Source: Ignavibacteriota bacterium (lineage in GTDB: Bacteria > Bacteroidota > Ignavibacteria > UBA10030 > SZUA-254). From it: DNA of 64,000 nt. Below, piece after piece: positions 10,006 to 19,509 of this stretch. The notes beneath the pieces were generated by a model. It saw only the letters and a program-made list of their open reading frames with translations, searched no databases and was not told where the DNA came from. Position 1 is the first letter of the stretch, and every line of letters starts with the position of its first letter. The stretch covers positions 87,308-151,307 of the forward strand of contig CAVSHI010000001.1 of the NCBI GenBank assembly GCA_963727845.1. The letters run 5' to 3'. Position numbers and translations under genes: made by a program.

Positions 10006-10128
10006 ATGCTGTCCAAGAGTTTCAGCGTCATGCTCGGTTCAGATCCTGACCAAGAGTGAGCGCCTTTGGCGCCATCCTGCTCCGCGGGACATGTCAGGGT
10101 GACGGGTTGTCTTACTTCTTGGACCACC
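10006..10128. ncRNA. Candidate rod-shaped structured RNA (unassigned)
   Basis: Nested stems GTCCAAGAG/TTCTTGGAC, ATCCTGAC/GTCAGGGT and GCGCC/GGCGC; no convincing CDS. Confidence 0.3.
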
Positions 10129-10137
10129 TTAAAAAAC

Positions 10138-10166
10138 AAATCCCAAACTCGGTGAGTTTGGGATTT
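10138..10166. terminator. Bidirectional intrinsic terminator
   Basis: Perfect 13-bp stem AAATCCCAAACTC-GGT-GAGTTTGGGATTT with an A-run on the left and a pyrimidine run on the right. Confidence 0.75.
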
Positions 10167-10218
10167 CTTCTTATTGTTACGGATAAGAAGTCGGGGGCTT
10201 GAAGCAAGCCTCTGAAAG

Positions 10219-10247
10219 AATATAGTGCGCACCGGATCGAATGTCAA
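10219..10247 (-). promoter_or_regulatory. Sigma-70-type promoter on the minus strand
   Basis: TTGACA-N17-TATATT read on the minus strand. Confidence 0.7.
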
Positions 10248-10474
10248 GTCTGCCCGGGAGGAGATTCTGTGATTTATATCAACGCAGGTACCCTGAACGA
10301 GGTGGCAGAAGGTTCACAGCCAGTTATCTACGCGATAAAGAGTTTTATGTCCGAATTACCGCCTTTCACCCACGCCAATCCCTCCATGAACACTGTTTCT
10401 GATGTGAGAGCAAGAACTTCCATTTGAACCACGCAGGAGATATCATCAGCTCGCTCATCGCGTTTCCCAATCAC

Positions 10475-10503
10475 TTGACTTTCCGCATTCGTTCCCGTAA
10501 ATT
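10475..10503 (+). promoter_or_regulatory. Sigma-70-type promoter, copy 1
   Basis: TTGACT-N17-TAAATT; identical hexamers and spacing at 14069. Confidence 0.7.
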
Positions 10504-10509
10504 ATTCGA

Positions 10510-10633
10510 GCAATCATAACGGTCGGAATTGTGGACCGGTAGGAAATTCCCAAAGTTCACTGATCCAGACCTGAGAACGTTTCCTACTGATTGTCTCATT
10601 TCTCAAACGCTCCCATCTCTTCTTCAGCGAACA
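10510..10633 (+). ncRNA. Candidate structured 5' leader, copy 1
   Basis: Homologous to 14104-14229. Stems CGGTC/GACCG, CGGTAGGAAA/TTTCCTACTG and GTTCACTGA/TCAGCGAAC. Confidence 0.45.
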
Positions 10634-10811
10634 GCTTCGCTCCCGGCCAACCCGCGGTGTAACCTTCCCAAGGTTCGGGTGGAAATGACACAGAGGTAAC
10701 CTTCGGAAGGTTCCTTGCGACGAACCGGCTGGAAGTAGGTGTTCGAAAACGATCTTGGAAAGTTCCGCAACTCTAACTCACAAAATCACTCACTTTCCTC
10801 ATGGAGGATGT

Positions 10812-13550
10812 ATGAGATATAAACTTTTGCTACAAACCTTGGCGGTTGGTTTGCTGGTGACGGCGCTGTATGTAACTCCCGCGCTCACCCAGTGGTCTAC
10901 CAACCCAAACTTCAATAACGCCATCTGCACGGCGACAAACGATCAACGGAATCCCACAATCGTTTCAGACGGCTCGGGCGGCGCCATCATTACATGGCAA
11001 GATGGGCGCGGCTCCGACAATGACATCTATGCTCAGCGCGTGAATGCTTCGGGAGCTGTGCAGTGGACGGCTAACGGTGTTGCCATCTGCACGGCGACAG
11101 GCGATCAAACGTATCCCATTATCGTTTCAGACGGCTCGGGCGGCGCCATCATTGCATGGCAAGACCATCGCGGCAGCAACATGGACATCTATGCCCAGCG
11201 GGTGAGCGCTACCGGCGCTGTGCTGTGGACGCCGGCCAACGGTGTTGCCATCTGCACGGCGACAGGCGATCAAACGAATCCCACCATCATTTCGGATGGC
11301 TCGGGCGGCGCTATCATTACTTGGCAGGACGGGCGAAACGGAAACGGCAACCCTGACATCTATGCTCAACGCGTAAATGCATCCGGCACAGTCGAGTGGA
11401 CGGCCAACGGTGTTGCCATCTGCACGGCGACGGGCAATAAAGAGTATCCCACTATCGTATCGGACGGCTCGGGCGGCGCCATCATTACATGGCAGGACGG
11501 GCGAAACGGCAACTCTGACATCTATGCTCAGCACGTGGATGCTTCCGGCACTCCGCAGTGGACGGACGGTCTCGCCATCTGCACGGCGACAGGCGATCAA
11601 ACGTATCCTACAATCGTTTCAGACGGCTCGGGTGGCGCCATCATTACTTGGCAAGACCTTCGCGACGGCGGCGACTTTTACATCTATGCTCAACGTGTGA
11701 ACGCTTCGGGCATGACCCTATGGGCGGACAACGGTGATTCCATCTGCACTACGACACTCAATCAAGAGGTGGCTCCCACTATTGGTCTCACTATCGTTTC
11801 AGACGGGTTCGGCGGCGCCATCATTATATGGCTCGACATCCGCAGCGACAACTGGGACATCTATGCTCAACGGGTCGATGCTTGGGGCAATATGCAATGG
11901 ATGGCCGGTGGTGCCGCCATCTGCACGGCGGCAGGCGGGCCGGCGTTCCCCACCATCGTCTCAGACGGCTCGGGCGGCGGCATCATTACATGGAACGACT
12001 TCCGCAACGGCGACTCCCACATCTATGCCCAGCGCTTGAATGCTTCCGGCGTAGTGCAGTGGACAACAAACGGTGCCGCCATGTGCACGGCGACAGGCGG
12101 TCAAGATAATCCGGCCATCGCTTCAGACGGCTTGGGCGGAGCCATCATTACATGGGGGGACTGGCGAAACGGCAACGACAATGACATCTACGCTCAAAAG
12201 GTAGATGCCTACGGCTACTTAGGAAACGTAGCGCCGCAGATAGCAAAAGTGAAGGATGTTGTCAATGACCAAGGCGGGAAAGTAACCGTTTCATGGAGTC
12301 CGTCATACCTTGACGTTTATCCAAAGACGACCATCAAATCGTACTATCTCTTCCGGGGCGTCAGTCAATCTATGGCGATGAAGAACATCAAAGCTCCGGG
12401 AGACTTCTTAAAGGAGATTTCAAGCGGAAAAGACCCCGGAAGCCTACTGCTAAAAACGCCCCGCTCTGCTCAGGGCGTAGATTCATACTACTGGGAATAC
12501 ATTGACAGCGTGCGAGCGCTCCGGCTGTCCGGATATTCCTACACAATGCCCACAGTTTCCGATTCCGGTCCGCAGGGCACGGCAATGTGTTATGCAATGC
12601 TGATGGCGCGAACGAGTGACGAGCTGACGTACTGGTTCTCAACCGCCGACAGCGGGTACTCGATTGACAACCTGCCCCCGATTTCTCCCCAGAACCCGGC
12701 GCTCCTTCCGTTGGTGAGTGGCTACACACAACTTCATTGGAACCCCGATAAGGTCGATCCGGATGTTGGACATTTCAGCGTCTATCGCTCGACATCCAGC
12801 GGTTTCCCACTGAACGACGGCACGCGACTGCAAACCACGATCGATACAACGGTCATCGACTCTTCAGCTGAGGTCGGCCAGCAGTATTTCTACCGTATTA
12901 CCGCGGTAGATATTCACGGCAACGAAAGCCAGCCAACGGCCGAGCTTCATACGGCGGCGTTGTCGGTCCAGCTTGCATCGATGACTGCCACAACGCTGAC
13001 AACCGGCGTGCAATTGAATTGGACAACGGTGAGCGAAACCAACAGTCTGGGCTTCTATGTCGAGCGACGGCCACAAAACGCAGGAGCATACGCAACCGTG
13101 AGCGATCTCATCCCCGGTGCCGGGACGTCGTTGCAGCAACACCGCTACGAATGGACGGATACGAAGGTAACGGACGGGAATTACAGCTATCGGCTGAGAC
13201 TCGTCGATTTGAGCGGTACCAACACATACTCGAATGCCATCGCGGTCACGGTGAGCGGTGTGACGGGAGTCAACGGGTCGTTGCCGACGGAGTTCGCTCT
13301 TCAGCAAAACTACCCTAATCCGTTCAATCCGACAACGGTTATCAGTTATCAGTTGCCGGTTGCCAGCTACGTCACGCTAAAGGTGTACGACATGCTCGGA
13401 CAGGAAGTGGAAACGCTCGTGAATGGAATCCTGGACGCAGGTTACAAATCCGTGCAGTTCAGCGCGACGAATTTTCCGAGCGGCATTTACACCTATAGAT
13501 TGACGGCGGGAACGTACGTCGAAGTGAAAAAGATGCTGATGCTAAAATGA
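10812..13550 (+). CDS. T9SS cargo protein: signal peptide, 8 x ~54-aa repeats (probable beta-propeller), FN3/Ig-like domains, C-terminal sorting domain
   Basis: GGAGG RBS before ATG 10812; eight IVSDGSGGAIITWxDxR...DIYAQRV repeats; ends FALQQNYPNPFNPTT...KKMLMLK. Confidence 0.88.
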   Translation: MRYKLLLQTLAVGLLVTALYVTPALTQWSTNPNFNNAICTATNDQRNPTIVSDGSGGAIITWQDGRGSDNDIYAQRVNASGAVQWTANGVAICTATGDQTYPIIVSDGSGGAIIAWQDHRGSNMDIYAQRVSATGAVLWTPANGVAICTATGDQTNPTIISDGSGGAIITWQDGRNGNGNPDIYAQRVNASGTVEWTANGVAICTATGNKEYPTIVSDGSGGAIITWQDGRNGNSDIYAQHVDASGTPQWTDGLAICTATGDQTYPTIVSDGSGGAIITWQDLRDGGDFYIYAQRVNASGMTLWADNGDSICTTTLNQEVAPTIGLTIVSDGFGGAIIIWLDIRSDNWDIYAQRVDAWGNMQWMAGGAAICTAAGGPAFPTIVSDGSGGGIITWNDFRNGDSHIYAQRLNASGVVQWTTNGAAMCTATGGQDNPAIASDGLGGAIITWGDWRNGNDNDIYAQKVDAYGYLGNVAPQIAKVKDVVNDQGGKVTVSWSPSYLDVYPKTTIKSYYLFRGVSQSMAMKNIKAPGDFLKEISSGKDPGSLLLKTPRSAQGVDSYYWEYIDSVRALRLSGYSYTMPTVSDSGPQGTAMCYAMLMARTSDELTYWFSTADSGYSIDNLPPISPQNPALLPLVSGYTQLHWNPDKVDPDVGHFSVYRSTSSGFPLNDGTRLQTTIDTTVIDSSAEVGQQYFYRITAVDIHGNESQPTAELHTAALSVQLASMTATTLTTGVQLNWTTVSETNSLGFYVERRPQNAGAYATVSDLIPGAGTSLQQHRYEWTDTKVTDGNYSYRLRLVDLSGTNTYSNAIAVTVSGVTGVNGSLPTEFALQQNYPNPFNPTTVISYQLPVASYVTLKVYDMLGQEVETLVNGILDAGYKSVQFSATNFPSGIYTYRLTAGTYVEVKKMLMLK

Positions 13551-13619
13551 CGGAGTCATTTTAGCAGAAGTCCCGCATTCTTTTGCGGGATTGATAGAAA
13601 CGCGGAGAAGTCACTTGAG

Positions 13620-13657
13620 CAGAAATCCCGTCTCGATAGCGCGGGACGGGATTTCTG
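13620..13657. terminator. Hairpin downstream of the T9SS gene (terminator or REP-like)
   Basis: CAGAAATCCCGTC / GACGGGATTTCTG, a perfect 13-bp stem. Confidence 0.5.
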
Positions 13658-13818
13658 TTGTTAGTTCCGTCTCTCAACCCGTCTTGCCGATACGTTTTTG
13701 ATCGGCATCTGAACTTAGGGAATGAGGAGCCCCGCCCAGATCCTGACCTAAAACGTGTCAGGACGACGAGTGAATGGCCGGGAATGGTGGGACCATGACT
13801 TCGGGTATCATGAGATTG

Positions 13819-13873
13819 CCATGATGGGTACAATCGAGGTAATCATGTGAATGAAGCGAATCACGGTTCAGAC
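13819..13873. repeat. Partial (right-half) copy of the 86-bp element at 22268/22367
   Basis: CAATCGAGGTAATCATGTGAAT..AGCGAATC..GGTTCAGAC is shared with those copies. Confidence 0.75.
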
Positions 13874-14068
13874 GGTACAGCATTCGCCCAATTATCGGAC
13901 GGCCTGATCAGCACGGATGAATGTCCGATTCAGAGTGTTATATCCGGATTATCGAATTCTTCCCGCCCAAATCCTTCAAGAAACCTCTGTTTTGATGTAA
14001 GTGCGAAAACCTGCGTCTGACCCTTCCCCAAAAAAGGACACCAATTCGTTCATCGCACCCCAATTTCC

Positions 14069-14097
14069 TTGACTTTCTACATTACGACCCGTAAATT
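14069..14097 (+). promoter_or_regulatory. Sigma-70-type promoter, copy 2
   Basis: TTGACT-N17-TAAATT. Confidence 0.7.
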
Positions 14098-14103
14098 GGT
14101 GAA

Positions 14104-14229
14104 GGAATCATAGCGGTCGGAATTGTGGGCCGGTGGGGATTTTCCGGATGTTCACTGATTCAGACCTGAGAACGTTTCCTATTGGTTGTCTCCCTGCTTG
14201 AACGCTCCCATCTCTCTTCTCAGCGAACA
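14104..14229 (+). ncRNA. Candidate structured 5' leader, copy 2
   Basis: Homologous to 10510-10633; several substitutions in the first two stems create G-U pairs on the + strand. Confidence 0.45.
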
Positions 14230-14517
14230 AAATGGCATGCGCATGCACCGCCGGGCGGTAAGAACGGTGATTGTGCCCTCATTCCGCCGCGATTGTCGTT
14301 ATCATATCTCAAAGCTCTTTTCCACATAAGACACTCTTCCTCGCCTGTATGATCTTGAGGAAGAGAAAGGACCCATAGTACGCGGGGGTACGTCCGTGAT
14401 GTCCCGGCCGTACGTCCCGGCGTCGTCATAAGATAATTTCAGGTGACAGATAGTTCTATCAGTATCTGGACACCATCTCGTAGTGAATATCTGATTGAAC
14501 ATTTTTCAGGAAGGGGA

Positions 14518-17500
14518 ATGTTTCGTATGAACTACAAGACGAAGTGGTGGACGCTTTCGATACTCGCAAGCGCCCTCCTGGCCCTCCCCCTGACTGCCCG
14601 GGGACAAGTACCGCAATCAGCAACTCACCTCGATAAAGTATACTCGGTCGTTCTTCAAACAATCGAGAAAATGAAAAGCGATGGCGTGACGGCAGACAAT
14701 GCACCTTTGAAAAACGTCCGGCAGCGATACGGCAGCATTGTGAACCGATTCGACAACCGAGGAAGGATCGGACTTCTCCTCGATGTGAAAGCTGTTTCAC
14801 AGAATCTTATCGCCAGACTCCGGGCATTCGGGGGCGCAATCGACCTCTCGTTGCCCGAGTCAAAACTGATCTCGGTGTATGTGCCGATCGACAAGGTCGA
14901 AGATGTCGCCTTGCTGGACGAAGTGAAAATCGTTCGCCCGATGGTGGGGGGAAGCGTGAACACCGGATCAAAGACCACCGAGGGCGATAGCATTCACCAT
15001 GCAATCAATGTCCGGACCGATTTCAACATCCTCGGAGACAGCGTCAACGTCGGTGTCATATCCGACGGCTGCGTCTCATGGCCGGCATCGGAGGGCTCGG
15101 GCGATCTTCCCGCGGGGTTCGGGCCGCCAAACTATACCTTCGGCGGTGTGAGCAGGGAAGGAACGGGAAACGAGGGAACCGCAATGATGGAAATCGTTCA
15201 CGACCTTGCCCCGAACGCAACGTTGTTTTTCTACGGAGCGCTGTACGATACTGTCGGAAATCATCTCAGCAGCGCGGCGATGATCGATGCTATTTATCGA
15301 TTGGTCAGAGAGAAGCATTGCAGGATCATCGTGGACAACCTCACATGGTACGACCAGCCGATGTTCGAAGACTGCGATGATGCAACCGCCGGCTATGTCG
15401 CGGCCGCGGCCAAGTGGGCAATAGACACCGGCGTCGTGTATATTAGCTCGGCCGGCAACTTCGGGGGTGATGGCTCGTGGGGACATACACACTTCCAGCA
15501 AGTGTACGATGACGCGAACCCTCAAAACAACATTGCGAAACCCATTCCCCCACCCTTTTCTCAGATGAACAATACCCAGCCCCTGCCGATCATGCCTGGA
15601 GTATTGAATCCGCCTCCATACACAGACTTGCACTATTATAGTACAACTCCGATAGACGATCCGGGTCTGCAAGTGGTCGTACCGGGTCATGTTCCCGGCC
15701 ACGAAACCACAACTCTGACGGTCATCCTTGAATGGAACGATCCCTGGGGAGCATCGACGAGCGATTACGACCTGTACCTGTATAGTGGAGATTATATGCG
15801 TCAACTGGCCCGGAGTATCTCGCCCCAAAACGGCGGCCAGAACCCCATTGAAACAGTTACTTGGGAAAATTACGGCGCGGGGGATTCAACGCTGCAGATT
15901 GTGATCAACCTCGTGGAGTCTCCCCGGGTTCACTCGCCGAAACTGCTTGGTATGTATATCTTCGGAGTTAACTCTGTGGAGTACTACACTCCCGAGAACA
16001 GCATCTGGGGCCAGCCCGGCGTCCCATTAGTTATTACAACCGGTGCCGTTCCCTACGACAACATCAGCACCATCGAGGGATTCAGCTCTCACGGTAATTA
16101 CGATGTGTATTTTCCTTCGTACGTCAGCAGACCGAAGCCGGATGTCGTTGCAATTGACAATGGCGTGATTACGGGAGCCGGTGGGTTTCGGCAACTGGGA
16201 TCCTGCAACGCTCAACTGGCGATTCCTCGGTACATCTGCCGCAGCGCCGCAGGTTGCCGGCATGGCTGCGCTCTTGTTATTGAAGTTTCCAAAGCTGACG
16301 CCCGCACAGGTGCATGCCAAATTCGAGCGGACGGCAGTTGCCCTCGGCGATCAGACAATCTATGGCAGCGGTCGTACCGATATCGAGCGCGCCATGCTCG
16401 AAGTGGACACCTCCGCGAGAGCATCCGGGCCGTACACGATGGGCAGCGCTCTCAACGTCCCGGCGTTTTTCGGAACCGACAGCGGGTTTGCCGTCAGCAA
16501 CATCAAAGTCACCGGCGGCGCACACCAACCGATGCAGGTCTCAAGCGGCGTGACGGTAACGGCGGGTAGTCCGTACACAAGCGCCGGAGTGGTGGACCTC
16601 GGCTGCCCATCCGTCAAGAGATGGTATCAATTGACTCAAACAGGAGGAACGAACGGGCAATTCAATGCCCAGGTCACAGCTTATGTCGCTGAGAGTGAAC
16701 GGGCGGCCAGCGGTGTTGCGGCAAATAACCTGCGCCTCCTCCATTGGAACGGGTCGTACTTCGATGTCCTGCCGCAAGCGATGGCGCCCGCTCAGGTCGC
16801 AAATACGTGGAAAGTCTTTGCCACATTCAACAACGCGTCATTCTCGCCCTTCTTTGTCGGCTATCTCACGAGGGGAATTTACGTGACAACCCAGTCAAAC
16901 AACAGCGGGATGCATGATAGCACCGTTTCCGTGAGCTTTTCGGTCGGGAATGCAGGAAACGGCTGGGATACTGTCAGGTCATCTGTTTCCGATAAACTCG
17001 GCTGGACGATTGCCCCCGCCGACTCCGCGTTCTCCGCGGCAGGAAGTCAACATGCTACTGTCGATGTCAACGTCACGATTCCATCTGGCGCTGCGGTCGG
17101 TACAATTGATACCATTCGACTCGTCGCGGTGTCTGTTTCCGATCCGACCTACAGGGACTCGTCAATTGCGACGGTTGAAGTGACAAGTCGTCAGGCTACT
17201 GTCGTTGCTGGGTTGACGGACAGCTGGAACATAGTTTCGCTCCCGGTGACCGTCACCAACCCTTCGGTCATGGCGGTCTATCCGACTGCGAAGTCGAACG
17301 CTTTCGGATACGCTCACGGATATTCCATCAAGACAGCACTTCAGTACGGCGTCGGATACTGGCTGAAATTTCAGGGCGCGCAGAACGACAGCATCACCGG
17401 CACGGTTCGGACGAGGGATACGTTTGCTCTTTCCCCCGGGTGGAGTATAATTGGTTCGATCTCGTATCCGGTCGACATTGACAGTATTGTCCAACTGCCG

Positions 17501-18328
17501 GGAGGGATTGTCACACATTACTTCGGTTACAACGGCAGCTACTACCTCGCCGATACGATCAAGCCAGGATGCGGGTATTGGGTGAAGTCAAGCAGCGGTG
17601 GTCAACTCGTGCTGAAGAAATCCGGGTCAGTTGCTTTTCCCCGAAGCAAGTCTGAAAAAGATAAGGTTCTACAGAGCATCAACTCTGTGACGGTTTCCGA
17701 CGCAGGACGCGGAACGACCACACTCTACTTCGGCAAGATGGAAGCCGTCGGCTCGATGTTGCCTCAATGTGAATTGCCGCCCGTTCCGCCCGCATCCTTG
17801 TTTGATGCGCGTTTCGCTTCACAACGATTTGTGGAGGGATACACGGCCGGGTCGGCGCCTTCGAGACTGGAGATTGACGTACAATCCGAATCGTTCCCGC
17901 TCACGTTGAGCTGGAAATTAGCAGACAAAGATACGCGGTTCTGGTTGGTCGCTGGCGATCAGTCACGGCAACCGCTGACGGGCGCTGGCGGCACGGCCGT
18001 CATTCAGCGTCCCGTGAAGGAGTTGGCGATTGAGATTCAGTCTGGGCCCGAATTGCAGCCGCCGAAGGAGTTTGCTCTCGGGCAAAACTATCCCAACCCG
18101 TTCAATCCGACGACAACAGTGTCATTTGCCATAAGTCATTTGTCATTTGTGACACTCAGCGTATACGACGTATTGGGACGGCAGGTGGCAACTCTGGTGA
18201 ATGGAATGCAGGAACCGGGATACAAGACGATAACGTGGGATGCATCGAGCATGCCGAGCGGTCTGTATTTTTACAAACTGACTGCGGGAACATATACATC
18301 CGTCCGGAAGATGGTTTTGATAAAGTAA
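14518..18328 (+). pseudogene. S8/S53-like serine peptidase with T9SS sorting domain, split by a +1 frameshift at ~16186-16189 (~1269 aa if joined); may be a sequencing error or recoding
   Basis: Frame 1 has a signal peptide, GVISDG, EGTAMMEIVHDLAP, ISSAGN and KPDVVA. The +1 frame has FLGTSAAAPQVAG (catalytic Ser) and the QNYPNPFNPTT tail. Confidence 0.8.
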
Positions 18329-18402
18329 CATTCAAAGCAGGCTTGCCTGCGAGCTTGCCCGACAATCGGAGCGTAGAATCCGTTCCCCAGAACGGATATC
18401 CG

Positions 18403-18525
18403 GTAGGTCCGGTCGTCATGTTTGTAGGTCCGGTCGCTGACCGGACACGGTGCCTCCGTTCGGGTCGGGAGTATGAACTCCCTCGCAGAGAGAAGGATAG
18501 CTGGGAGGGAGCTTCGCTCCCGACC
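18403..18525. repeat. GTAG-type REP/REPIN-like element, copy 1
   Basis: GTAG followed by hairpin TCCGGTC-GCT-GACCGGA, then a GGTCGGGAG...CTCCCGACC inverted pair; second copy at 22483. Confidence 0.7.
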
Positions 18526-18655
18526 TATTCACGGCTTGGCGGCGGTGACCTCGGCAGACAAAGGTTGGATGGCAAAGAGGGTTTTTGCAAAATCGCTAAA
18601 CAAACAGATACACCAATAATCATTTAACTATATCATCACTTTAAGGAGGGTTGCA

Positions 18656-19429
18656 ATGAAGAAGATATGGATTGCTTTGTTCGCTGTTGCGTTGCTTTGC
18701 TCTATCGCTATTAGTCAGGAAAGAATCGATGTTGTCTACCTGAAGAATGGCGACATCCGCAAGGGTGTCATCATTGAGAATGTCCCAAATGACCATATAA
18801 AGATTGAAATGGCAGATGGCTCCACATTTACAATCCCGTATTCGGACATCCAAAAAATGACAAAAGAAGGGAAGGAAATAAGCCAACAATCCGGCGGGAA
18901 TGCTGAAGCTTCCAAAGGTCTTATGTCCCGCCACTATGATGTCGGAATGACGCTGGCAGTTTGGGGCTCGGGAACTGTGGATTACAAGTTGGTATATTCC
19001 GCGGATGATCCCCAAAAATCAACGGGAGTGCTCTTCCATTTCTTCGTGGACGGTTACATAGCCGAACAATTGGCCATAGGCGCCTACATAAATGTTTCTC
19101 CCGTGTCATGGGACAACTATTCGGCAACATCGACGATGACCGAAATAGGGGTTGCTCTCAAAGGACGCTTTCCGATTGCCGATGGAGCCGCAGTGATAAA
19201 ACCGGGGGTAGGGCTCGGTCGTCGCGGATTCTCCTCGGACGACCCAATGGGGGATAAAATTAGTGCACTGGCGGTGAATCTCAGCTGCGAAGTTCAGTTT
19301 GATATCCACAGTACGGTTGTTCCGTTTGTCGAGATAGGAGGCCTTGGTCAGCCCAGCGGCAGCAATGATTATGATCCAGCAATTACCTTTCCGCCAATAC
19401 CATATTTCGGTATAGGGATTGTTTTCTAG
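18656..19429 (+). CDS. Secreted protein, probable outer-membrane beta-barrel with a small N-terminal domain
   Basis: Signal peptide, DVVYLKNG motif, amphipathic strands and terminal YFGIGIVF. Confidence 0.7.
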   Translation: MKKIWIALFAVALLCSIAISQERIDVVYLKNGDIRKGVIIENVPNDHIKIEMADGSTFTIPYSDIQKMTKEGKEISQQSGGNAEASKGLMSRHYDVGMTLAVWGSGTVDYKLVYSADDPQKSTGVLFHFFVDGYIAEQLAIGAYINVSPVSWDNYSATSTMTEIGVALKGRFPIADGAAVIKPGVGLGRRGFSSDDPMGDKISALAVNLSCEVQFDIHSTVVPFVEIGGLGQPSGSNDYDPAITFPPIPYFGIGIVF

Positions 19430-19509
19430 CCTCATAGATCAAAAACGCAATGACATGGCTTTCTGACAACATCTAGCCACACTAACTTACTAACTTCATG
19501 GAGGGCTGT

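Noticed and set aside
10540-10633. Glycine, TPP or c-di-AMP riboswitch (CTGAGA, TTCTCAGG and TCGCTGAA snippets)
   Set aside because: Only isolated words match, and their order and other core motifs do not fit. Kept as an unassigned leader.
14250-14265. ops/RfaH-like element GGCGGTA
   Set aside because: It mismatches the consensus and is not shared with the other leader copy.
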